DNA from: Kudoa neothunni
Taxonomy: Eukaryota; Animalia; Cnidaria
Length of the DNA stretch: 64,000 nt
Reading direction: 5' to 3'
NCBI GenBank assembly: GCA_964304625.1
Contig: OZ199838.1
Span: 16,723,469 to 16,787,468 of the forward strand
The position numbers were made by a program, and so were the translations under genes. This document shows, in pieces, positions 37,859 through 49,774 of this stretch (its first letter is position 1; each line of letters opens with the position of its first letter). A model generated the notes under the pieces. That model was not told the DNA's origin. It searched no databases and was given only the letters and a program-made list of their open reading frames with translations.

Positions 37859-40283
37859 TTATAAAATTTCTTTTTCAGCTAAAATTTTATTGATATTTTT
37901 ACAGTTGAAAACAGTTTTATCATTATCGGATGTGGGTGGATCGGGTGAAATTCCAAAATTGTCGGCTAGCCATTTGGTTGCTTCTTCTTCGTCAGTGAAC
38001 CCCATATTTTGGATAATTTTTTCCACAGAAACAGTAGGAAAATATCTACAACAGATTAAAAAAACTTATAACAACCACAAACAAAAAATAAGATTATGAA
38101 ATACGATTTGGTCATCACTTTGAGGGCAACCGATCTTTCTCTATCCAAGAAGAACGAAACCATTCTTGGAAATCTTTTAAACTGAAGATATTTTCGATAA
38201 ACACTGAAAAACGTCTTAAAATCCTTCAACTGCCATGCCTCATAAAATTTGACTAAATGAGCAACGTTAGCATCAATTTTGTCTTGGAAAACTATCTCTT
38301 TCAATGTATTCGAGATATCTAAAGTAAATTTGTCCACATAATGGCGGACTGATTAGACAAAGTTGCTGTACATTGAATCAGCATACCTAATGTGCTCTTT
38401 GTATAGATGTAATAAAGGAATCTGTACCCGAGAAATTCGAATTGTGAGCCATTGAATCCGTCATTATACAAATCTCTCAGCACATTTTGGCACTGATTAA
38501 ATTCACTCAAATCATTCTAAGATCAAATTAGTACAACGATAACTTGGCTAAAGGCAACCTCCTCTAACGCTATTCTAGCATGCTTTTCGTACACTTTGAC
38601 AACAAATTCGTTACGAATTCCTTGAATCTATTGCGCCAAAATTAATAAATGTCGGATAATTATTAAAATTAACAAATATTTAATTATTTATCGGACAAAT
38701 GCAATTCAAATTACCGTTAAATCTTGTCGTATCGACTTGAACTGTTCACATACATAATGATAATCATGATCAACGTCGTATTTTTTCATTACAAAAGCAA
38801 GCGACTTTTCGAGAACGGGCTGCGGCCTTACAGTAGAAGGATCAGGAGCCTACACACACACAATCATCACATGATATATAAATCTAATATTTTAAAATCA
38901 ATTATTTTACCGAGGTCAAACGTAAATATGGCTTTTCTATAGCATCTGAGCAACCAACAACCGGTTTCGAATCCAACACAAAAGACGATGGAGATGCCCT
39001 TGAAACTGTAGTGGTTAAGTTTTCCAAGTTGTTTTTAAAGCGATTTTGGCGCCGATGAATTCTATTTCTGAGATCTTTGTCATCCATTTCAACCACAAAC
39101 TTCTCCTTGACTTTAGCCAATTTTGCTTTATCTTTCGAACTGGAAGCACGATTGTTGGCATCTTTGCTTTTGTTTTTCTTTCGAGACTTCTTTGATTTGG
39201 ATTTGGAAATTGAAGGTTCATTGTTTGTTGCAGATGACGAATCGCTGCTATAATCAATTTCTTCCATATTGCATAGAATTTCTTGACCGAATCTAAAAAA
39301 AGTAAATCCATATTGTCTTATCAACTGCTACTTTGGTTGCGGTCTTTTATCCCAATTCACCAAATGAAGACGTTTGGTGCTAATTGCATTCTTAATAACT
39401 TCTCTAAGATGAAGTTCCATTAGGTCCTTTTGTTTGGAATTTCTGCACGAAGAAAAACAACGACTCACATAACGTCTATGATTTTTAATTCGCTAACTAT
39501 AGAAGGTGAATTGAAGAAAAAATATACTTCATTTCTGGTGGGAGTGAAGTGTATTTGTCTTCACTTTCCAAGGGCTTTACGGAATCATTAGTTCTCTTGT
39601 TGGCGACTGGTGTTTGATTGGCAGAAGAATCCGACGGTTTTATTGGTATATCCAAAACTATTAGAATACAGCGTTACAACAGAGAATTTCAAACGCGATT
39701 ATAAGTTTTTACTGCTTTTCGGAGATGGATTGGTTGGCTCTGTAAGAAAAAGAATTGGTTATTTTCAAATGATAAACAAAAAACTACTCGAACTCTTAAA
39801 AACATTGTATTTGACTGGTGTTTTTATAATTGAACTATTTTGTCTTAGCATTGCTTGATCATTTAATGTATCCATCGCAGAATTAACAGGAACAGATTGC
39901 GGGATGGGGTTTACACGAGGCTGATTACTAGCTAGCGTCGAATAATTTGTTAATGGTGGCACGCCGGCGCCCATATTGTTGTAATAGTTATAGTATTGAT
40001 AGTTCGGAGGCCATGCGTATTGATTTGTTAGCGGTTGACCATATGTATAATAGTTCCCAGTATATCCATAATAAGGGTAAGGATTATGGCCTCCATATAC
40101 GTAGGGATTTGGGATAGTGGTGCTTGGATGGACATTTTGTGAATTAATCGTGGTATTTTGAGGTGGATTCGTTGAAGACGGCCGATTGTTGTTAATATTA
40201 GACCTACTCGCAAAAGTAACTTATTTGGTCATTATTGAAACCTACGTGTTGTCAGATTGAGTGCCCTTACCGGGTGTCGCCAT
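37859..40283 (-). CDS. LENG8: LENG8 (SAC3/GANP/THP3 family PCI protein)
   Basis: [17 protein letters not shown]|[23 protein letters not shown]|[28 protein letters not shown] and [12 protein letters not shown]; Tyr/Pro-rich N-terminus. Confidence 0.93.
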
Positions 40284-42849
40284 CTACAGTCGAACAGCAA
40301 CGGTAGCTTCCGGAACATCTACTCATCTAACTCATGAAAAAATAGATGCTGTTATTGAACCCACGAGCCCCTTATTGGTTTCTTAGGACTTTTTTATTAT
40401 CTCAATCAACTAGATTAAGGTGGCACACTCTAATTGAACGAACTTGTCATCGAAGGGAATGGATTAATCCTATCTGTTTCAAAAATATTATGTTTAATTA
40501 CGATTAGCATACTCGATATAATCTTGATACTTTTATGAATACTTATTGTACATTTTTTAAATAAACTTTTGAGATGCATCCTTATTAAAAATTCGAATGC
40601 ATAACATGCAACTAATTTTTTAAATAGTAAATCATTCAGTCTCAATATTTTTAATTTTTAAACTTGTTAATTTTCGAGAGACGTTACAATATTCTATTTT
40701 TGTGAGACGGCGGTTGTTCGATTGTCACGTCATTACAAATAGTGTGCTAGATAAAATAAGCAGAGTCTAGGTCACGTGATGCACACGTGAGGGGGTTGAA
40801 ATTTTTGATTATCACTTCAGGAAATGTGTGCATTTAAATCAACTTCTACTCTACTTATAAAGGTGAATGGCAGATATTGCATCTGCAAAATGGAAAGTTC
40901 ATTAATAGAAGCAATGCATGAAAGAAATATATTCTAGATATAAAAATAAAATTGTTTGTTTAACGGAAATTATTAGTTCTTAATTTATTGTTGGGCAAAT
41001 TATATAGAAATAGACACATGTCGCGTTCCAAGTGACCGCGTGGTTATAAATTTAGATCAGGTGGTTCTGTCTATTGAATTGTTCCGACTGATTGAATATG
41101 CGTATGAATTTTAAAGCAGCATCCACCTGAATTTAGCCTTCATTATTTAATATTTGCCGCTAATGTGGAGTTCATGAAACTTAATTAATTCTCTGTAATT
41201 ACGCTAATTTTCGGCGCGCAAAAGAAACGACGTTAAACCCAAATTTGTGTACATAATTTTGCATTGATTTTCTTTTTTTTAAATATGAATAACCGAAACA
41301 TACGAAGAAAACTAGCAGAATTCAAAATACTATGGAGGTAATATTCCGTTAATATTAACAGTATTCAATAAAAACGCATCACAAATTTATTAATTTCGTT
41401 CATTGATGTAAACTGAATATAAAGATAGTTATGACCTATTTTGTAATTTATCCGCAAGATGTATGTAACAATACTATGCGTACATTAAACAGAGAGCGGC
41501 GGCTCTGTTGAACCACTAATAACCTATATAGTATTGAGTCATATTGGTGCATTTATTCAGTGAGTATCTATTCGCTATAATGTATTTAGTTTTTGAGGTT
41601 CCTGAGGATTTTTAGGTGAAAGTTGATAGAGACTATTCTGTTGTTATGACCGTGAAGAAATTTTAATTCCAAAAATAAACTTTCCTTTCAAAGTCTTAAT
41701 TAATGAGTTTGAAAAATAATTATGTCATTTAATATCTCTCTATACATTGAAGAGCCATTTATCAACGAAATATCGACCATATTAAAGAATGCGATTAAGG
41801 AACTACGTCGAGTAAATCTTCTTACACTTACGGATGCAAGCAACCCAGAAATAATAATCAAATCCTCTCTTTATTGAGTTATAGGGTTTCTCAGTTGAAC
41901 GCGGCACTTTTTTGGTTCTGACCACAATTCATACTGAAACATTAAAATCTCTATAAATAAATGTTTTTTATTTTATAAGACATAATCCAGTGGGAAACAT
42001 ATATACTTACACCTCATGATTAAATTCATTTCGAGTACCTAGAAAAGTTTTACTTACAGTCTATGATACTATGATAGGGTCCGCTTTAAGTATTCTTATT
42101 TAAATTTTATTCTTGGAGATTATATAACATAAAATGAGCCGCTTTTACATTAATACAAAATGTAGGCACAAAAGATCTTTTTAACAAAATACAAAAATAA
42201 ATGCAGAGCGAAAACATATAAAAAAATAAAAAACTGAATGGGATTAGAAACAGAATTCTCTCATTCTATTAACAACACTTATTTTCAATCTAGGTGCTAG
42301 ATGGATGATAATATTTAATTTATACAAAAATTGAATGAAAAAGAGTAATTTGTAAGTTTAAACATAATTTTCGAAGAAAACAATATCCGGCATGTAAAGT
42401 AGTTTCATAATAAATTATGATAAATCAAATAGATACATAAATTTTATAACTAGTATTGGTTAAAAATTAATATTATGATGGATTATAACTTCAAATTTGT
42501 AAAGTTCTACATAAACGTTGGTATTAATAGCAGAATCGTAAACATATTAAAAGACTTTTTCCGGTTAAAATGTAGAATAGTGGCCCCCTTTTTTCGATTA
42601 AGGATTATAATTAGTTAGTACGTTAATCCTACATTTTTTAATTAAATTAGTGTGAGATTTGTTGAACATTTAATGATAGGAATGAGTGGATATTATTCAA
42701 CAAATTATTTTTTACATTAAGTTTATAGAATCCCTACAACTAGTCAGCTAACGTTGGTATAAATTACGGAAACCCTATTCTTACTGGTATGGAATTAATA
42801 ATAGACAACTGCTAAGGATGAAATACGACAATCAATAAAAAATCATAGT

Positions 42850-43837
42850 TGTCAAACTCAAATTTTAGGATGAATAAAGCATGCTTTACTCGATCGATTA
42901 AACGATATGACCCGTGGAAATAACTGCAAGGGCCAGCAGTTATTTATATGATAGATTTCAGCAACTATTATTGATAACAAATACAATGCCAAAAATAGCC
43001 TAAGGATGATGAGACAATGATGAATGCAAAAAATTAAAATAATAAACAAGTTCGATTTTTATTGTCGTTGCTGATTTGGATTACGACCCCTATTCTACAT
43101 TTTAATCCTTTTTCCTTTTGGGCAGATACCTCAAGACTCTATTTTTGCCATCCAAATTCAACAAGAGAAGAATTGACGTGGGTGTATTTTAATTATCTTA
43201 AATATGATGGAATTTCTCTTTTATTAAATCTAAATGTCTTAAGTAAGGTTAGCTTTTTTCTCAGAAGTTTGCCAGCCGGTTTGGTAGAAGCGGAAAAGTT
43301 ATAACACACTGAATTCCAACCAAAACCAAGCAGACTTTACGAAGAAATATAACTTCAATACATTATTTTTTCAACATTCTCGGTCTTATTGTCTAATCAG
43401 TTCCGCTTTACCAACTAGGTATCATTATTATATACATACGTTGATCTAGAATCAGCTACAAGAAAAAACTTAATATAATATTTGGCCGGTTTCCTAGTTA
43501 AGTATGGCTTGAAGGGACAACCGCATCTAAAAAACTAGTTGTTTATCAATACGCACATCCTCCAATGAGGGAAACTACGTGTAAACAAATCACTCCAAAT
43601 AATCCGGAAATCTCGAATTTAGCAATAACTGTCAGACTCTTTCTGCAACTCTCGATTTCGAGTTATTAGGCCACCAAAATATTCTTTGTAATTTTTCTGA
43701 ACCTATAAAAAAGGACCTGATAAATTTGTTGGTCGTCATCAACTTCAAATCACTCTAAAATAAGTTCTTGTAGATGTTTATGCGGTCATTGGCAGTACAA
43801 ATCCAACATAACATTCTATTTCAGTTGCGTTAAAGCT
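42850..43837 (-). mobile_element. piggyBac transposase relic
   Basis: CPFKPYLTRKPAKYIIKFFLVADSRSTYVYN and YNFSAS...LLRKKLTLLKTFRFNKREIP match the PGBD4-type CPF.QY...KPAKYGIK and DNFFTS...GT.R.NKREIP motifs. Confidence 0.8.
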
Positions 43838-43845
43838 ATCCAAAC

Positions 43846-44711
43846 CAGGGGTTTTCAATCTTTTTGGAATTGGGGATCCCCCCACAAACTCAAATTATCT
43901 TGTAGATTCCTATGTATATTTTGAGTAAATTGTAAACAAGTCAAATACAAATTTGTATGAAAAAATTTTCATGCATACATTTACAAAAACTAAAATATAA
44001 TATCCTTAAGGTTAATTCGACATCGCCATGAACTTAGACAACATGCATTCGTAAATGGAAAGCTATAATGAGTGTCTATATCTTTTCGGTGTTGTGGATC
44101 CCCTAGGCTAGAGGCAGGGGTCGGGAATCTTTTTGCCGAGAGAGCCAGCCACAAAGGTCACGTATTATTTAAACACTAACTCTATGAGAGCCAAACAAAA
44201 TGTTTTAAAACTAAAAATAGAAGTAAATGTGCGGTTTTATACAATTCCAACACTTTAAAATATAAAAAGTCATCAAATGCTGTTTAATAGAATTGTTACA
44301 CTATTACTAATCAATGAAGAACTTTTCTCATCATCAATGCGACTTCCGGTTTTGCATATGACTTTGTAATGTGGTTGATACGCGGTAAGATTAAACTTCA
44401 TGCAGGCGTTGAGACTTGAATCCGTTAAACGTGATTGTACTTTGGTCTTCATGGCTTTTAGATGAGGAAAGACTGCTCACATGCATACGTAGAGTCAAAC
44501 ATTGCCAATTATGGCGATACTCACGAGCTGCAGTGTGTGAAACAGTAGGTAACCTATTTTCCGTAGTGAAGATTTCGCATATTCGCAAAGAAGTTTAACG
44601 AAACATTATTTTAAATTGGAAATCTGTCTGCGAGCCATAGGTTCTCGGCCCCTGCCCTGGGCAAATTTCTCGCACCCTGGGTAGTCGCGGATTACCGATT
44701 GAAAACCTTTA
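43846..44711. mobile_element. hAT MITE (outer element of a nest)
   Basis: TIRs caggggttttcaatc / gattgaaaaccttta; TSD atccaaac / atctaaac. Confidence 0.8.
44115..44654 (-). mobile_element. Buster/SPIN-type hAT deletion derivative nested in the outer MITE
   Basis: TIRs caggggtcgggaa / ttctcggcccctg; minus-strand C-terminal transposase remnant MFDSTYACEQSF/HLKAMKTKVQSRLTDSSLNACMK; TSD-like ccctaggc / ccctgggc. Confidence 0.85.
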
Positions 44712-45161
44712 ATCTAAACTATCGCCAAAATGACTTTCACCAAATAAATTTTCAAATTTTAGGATTAGATCATCAACTTTCGAATTATTAAATAGCCGAT
44801 AAGTGTTATCTAGATCAACCACCCCAAATAAAACAAAGAGGTGACATCAAGGAGATGGTTCAGTATATTTTTGAATCCAGATCATCAAAACCGTAGCGAA
44901 TATCACAATAGTGGCACGATAAACTTATAATTTGAACAATTATGAATGCGTTATTTCCGCATTATCACTAATATAATATTATTTATTCAATGTGATATCG
45001 ATAAAATTTTCTTTAATTTTAATTATGTATATTATTTTATATTTTCAAAATCTCAATAAAAAATCCATATTCATCCCATAATCCATTTGTATTTAAAAAG
45101 TTTTTTGTTTTAATTATATCTATTTATTTTTCAAATAAGGATATGTTTGCTTTATCTAAAG

Positions 45162-45669
45162 CAAGGATCGGCAACCTACGTCCCGTCAGTCATATCTATC
45201 CGACCCTCCATGCATTGATTGGCATGCAAATTTTCCTTAATATCTAGAATTCCTAAATGATTTTTAAATTTTTTCTAGATCGTTTTTCCAAATGTTAATA
45301 TGTCGTCGATACAAACATTTTAGCAGACTAAAATTCATTTTCATTAAATCGGAATACCGGAATAAATATGACCGTTAAAATTATTTCTATAAAAGTAAAA
45401 AATATTTTTAAAAAGACATATAGGTATATCTCATGTTATTTGACATCGCCCAATAAATCGTTCCTTCACAAGTTAAGCACGAGTTGATTACATTGGAAGT
45501 GAAAATTATTAAAATATACTATTTTTGATTTGACTTACTTTTCTAAATTCTTATTTACAAATTTTAATTATGAATAATTTCAAACTTGTATAAATTAATT
45601 TTAATACGACCCGCATTAGAATTAGGGTATGTCTGTTCGGTCGTCATTCAACAAGGTTGCCTACCCCTG
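45162..45669. mobile_element. hAT MITE
   Basis: TIRs caaggatcggcaacct / aggttgcctacccctg; perfect TSD atctaaag. Confidence 0.9.
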
Positions 45670-45725
45670 ATCTAAAGATTTCTACAATACAGAAGATTAC
45701 CTGAAGCTATACTAAAATAAAAATA

Positions 45726-46849
45726 CATTAGGGTATCGATATAGGGTAGTCGAGATTTTTTTTAAATTTTTGTAATTAACACTGTAACCTCTTCGATGTA
45801 AATAGTCTTCTACTTAGCGTCATACCCAAAAATACGAAATAACATTTAAAAACAAATTTTTTGTAAAATTCGGTGTCTTGCTATTGGGCAGTGGTTTCTT
45901 CAAATCTTAATTCGATTAATCTGCTAAATTACACATTCGAACATTCGGTACAGTGGAAGATGAAAGAAATTTTGATAAAAAAATGTAACTATTCAATATT
46001 CCGATTCGATTACCACAATATCATATGCCAAAAAATTATTCTATAGCGCGAGAGGATATCATGAATTCCAATGTTGTTTCTCACAGTAAAGGAATTATAA
46101 ATAAAAAATGCATCCAACTTCAAATTGCGTTATATGACCGGATTGTATCAGAACACCAAAAAAGACAAATATTCTAGAGTTTTTGTCACTGAGAGAGCCA
46201 AACTTTTTGCTGATGAGCTTAAATCACTGGTTTAAATGGAACAGGAGGTTCCCACGAAAATTTTAAGATACGCTGTTGTTTAAAAATTCACTCTTCGCGG
46301 AGAAGGGGGGGGGGTAGTTGATGATAATATTGTTAATGATTATGTGATCAAATTTTATTAGGTAAAACGTAGATATGAAAAAGAAAACATATTAAATCTC
46401 GGTGGGGCCGCTCTTTCCTAAAATCAATGCGCTCAACGAACATATGATATAAAGAAGGAGTTGAATTAAAAGGAAATGGAATAATCAAAAAACCTGTAAA
46501 ATAATTATAGAGTGCTTAATTTATAAATATACAATTTCCACATGGTATCATTGGTAAATTTAAAGAGAGCCCTTGTTTTAAAGGAATTTATAAATTTTCT
46601 GTTGAATATTAACGATCAAAAAAATGGTTCGATGTCTTCAACTCTTCTTGATATTTTGAAAACTCTTGATCTAAAGTTCGCATATTATTAAATCGATAAT
46701 GTGACATCATTAATTTAATAATACAAACAAGAGAGATCATTTTTTCGTTCAAAAATAAAAAATTTATTCGAATGGCGCAATCGCGAACTATCGACATTAG
46801 GCAGTAAAAGCTCAATCCCGATTTAATGCGCAATATCGAGACCGTACTG
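45726..46849 (+). mobile_element. pogo/Tigger internally deleted element (copy 2, inverted relative to 14381-15487)
   Basis: Right TIR gcaatatcgagaccgtactg. Interior aligns by eye with the reverse complement of copy 1 (e.g. gtcttgctat.gggcagt and tttaaaaattcac.ct.cg.gga). Confidence 0.8.
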
Positions 46850-48075
46850 AAATCGTTTATGTTTATGTAATGGCCTTATAAGTCGCGCAAAGTCGAAATA
46901 CTGCCCATCTTGTTCAGAAGGTTAGTTAGGATGATCCTTAATTCTGAGCCCAAATCGAATACAAATACACCTTCTTAAAACTCATGTTGTAGATAACAGT
47001 TGTTTCGTGGTCATTTCCTGCTAGTAGCAGACATAAATTGTGTGATTTTTGCGAAATAAAAAACCTCCATAAGTTGTTTGATGAATATTATAAAAAATAA
47101 ATGGCGCGCACAACATAAAGCACACCGACCTAGTCGGTAGTTTAGTTATGAATCCTGTCCTGTCTCAAAGTACCACCTCGTTGTCGCCGACCCCTAATAC
47201 ACTTGCTATTATTTAGAAATATCATTACTGAAAAGAATTAGAGCTTTTATGTGAAAATTAATTCCTACAATATACCATAAACCATAATAGCCCTAAAAAA
47301 TAAATGCCGAATAAAAATTGGCGAAATCTACCACGTAAATTCAGAAAAACTATCTCAAATGTAAAAAACTGATAAGATCATCGAGAATATTCGCAAAGAT
47401 AGCAATTATTTAACCTGTCAATCTAGATTAGTCTATCTTAAGGCAGGTTGTAGTGATTAAATTCGGCTATGAAATAAGATGGGATCATCACCATTCCGCA
47501 GCTGCATCATAAGTAATGGCAAACATAATTTCATTATAGAGCATCAAATATTAATAGTTATGTGATATCCACGTATGAGCATAAACCGATGAACACATTT
47601 GAGGATATTTCTGTTAGTAGGATGGATAATCCTTATTTGATTTAGGTTGATAGTTAGATGGACTAACGACTAATTGATAATGGATCAATCTGTTATATAA
47701 CTATGTATATTATGTGATCGGCGTTGTCAGGAAGAAGCAGCACATCCCACAGGGGAAGCTTCAATGTTCAAAGAAATATGCGCAACTCTTAAATGCACAT
47801 ACTGAAATCTCTTTGTATTCTTCCTTCAGCCGTTTACAAACTGGTTAATGGAGATATGAAATCAATTTTTACGATTCGAAATAATTCACTAATAGAATAG
47901 CCCAAAATTGTTTATACATTCGAACGAAATCTAGGAATAGCTATTGGTGAGGATTAGTACGGATTAAGATAATTCGTATTGCAAATTGGCCGAACATTAT
48001 TAAAACTGTGAAGGATTTTTGTTCTTGTAGGGCAAAGATTGTTAAAAGTGTCAATTTTTAATCGACCGAAATATA

Positions 48076-49774
48076 ATGAATAAAGATAAATTGAAAGCAA
48101 AGTTTAGAAAAGTAAAGCAGATTTTAGGCGAGAAAACTGGCCACATCAAACAGTAATCATTCGTTTGAATATGGTTTATATGTGAAATATTAATATGAAT
48201 GCGTTGTTGATGTAGATCGGAAAAAACCACTATTTTGGGTGGTGATTATTCGAAAATTAATGTCAATTATCAAGCTTTCAAAAGTGCAATAAAAACCACA
48301 GTGAAACATTTGATCTTTTTGCTTAGTGTTGATTGTTATAGAGAAGAAAAAAAAGTAATAATCCCAACCTAAGAAACTAAATATATTATTGATTGTATAG
48401 ATCAGTCATCGAAAACAACTGGCTTACACTATCGAAAATGAATTACGTGAAATGGACAATCCCTATCTAAGGTATTTTTTGTTCATGGGATGTAGGAGAG
48501 GATTGTTCACCTAATAACTCGTAGCGCTATTCTATCAAATACAGCATCATGCTTGAAGGATATCGACGCCCAAACTCTAGAACTTGATAGCGGTATCGAA
48601 GATGAAGCTGTGATACCATTGAAACAATTTTTGGAGTTGTTTGATGCGTTGGACAAATGCAAACGAGAATTAGAAGATGAAAGAATCAATATTGATGAGT
48701 GCAAAATGAGGCTGATTTCTATAAAGAAAACTGCTGCTACTTCGGGAAGTGTTGGACCACAGACAATCGATAAAATAAAAAATGTCGAGAATGAATTTAT
48801 GGATTCAAGCGAGCGCTTCGACAACAAACAAGAAATGATGGCTATCGAATTGTTGAATTTCCTAGCCAAATGCCCCTCTATTGCAGATGTGTACATTAAG
48901 TTGATGATTCTGGAAAGTTGTAAACACAAAAATAACATCAACTCACTTCAAGGCTTTATCACCGAAATCAATGAGATTCTTAGCACATTCTCATTTGAGC
49001 CGGTTTTCGGTATGACTCTTACCGATCTCAGCAGCAAATATGGTCAAGAGATATCTGTGGTTATTGAGTGTTTTTTGAAATTCCTGATTAGAAATGATTG
49101 TTTCGAAACTACAGTAATAGATTGATTTTTGTTAATTGACTTAAAAATTAATGTATATTTTCGAATTGTTTAGGGACTTTTTCGTATAGGAAGTGAAGGT
49201 CAAAAAATTAAACAACTCAAAAACGAACTTAACAATGGAACCTTTGATTTGTCTGCGTACAGCGAGGATCTACACACAATTTGTGGTAGGTTTTGAAATG
49301 ATTTCTGATGTGGGTTATATGTTGAATATTGATGCTTTGTAGGAACACTTAAGCTGTATTTGTACGAACTTCCCGAACCTTTATTTCCAGTCGAATTTGG
49401 AGATGAAATGGTTGAAATTGCGGCGTAATTCAATTTACCCCAACCACATTTAATACAATAATTTCACATTTAGTATGGAAAAACTCGATCGTGTATTGGC
49501 TATTAACAGACTTCTTAAAGATATCCCCTCCATCAACACAACCAATCTACTCTACCTGGTTTCTTTTTTCGCTGTTATGGCTGAACACGAAGAAACCACG
49601 AGAATGTCACCCAACAGTATTGCAATCGTTGTCGCTCCAAATCTTTTACACACTTTTGACATCAGCAAAGCTATGGCTTACACCCAAGCTGCCACTGTCA
49701 TTTTTACCGATCTTATCAACAATTTTGAACTTTTATATCCTGAACTCGCTTCAAACAACGAATTTAAAACCTAA
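48076..49774 (+). CDS. N-BAR + RhoGAP protein (ARHGAP17/ARHGAP44/SH3BP1 family)
   Basis: Amphipathic N-terminus LKAKFRKVKQILGEKTG..SEKT, helical BAR region, PVFGMTL, GLFRIGSEG (arginine finger), GTLKLYLYELPEPL and TRMSPNSIAIVVAPNLL. Confidence 0.88.

Noticed and set aside
40771-40790. Tandem E-boxes (CACGTG x2) as LENG8 regulatory sites
   Set aside because: About 500 bp from the ATG and adjacent to what looks like a decayed transposon end; may be subterminal repeats.
47720-47750. gtcaggaagaagcagc resembling the SRP RNA helix-8 motif
   Set aside because: Lacks the stem around the GNRA loop and no flanking helix was visible.
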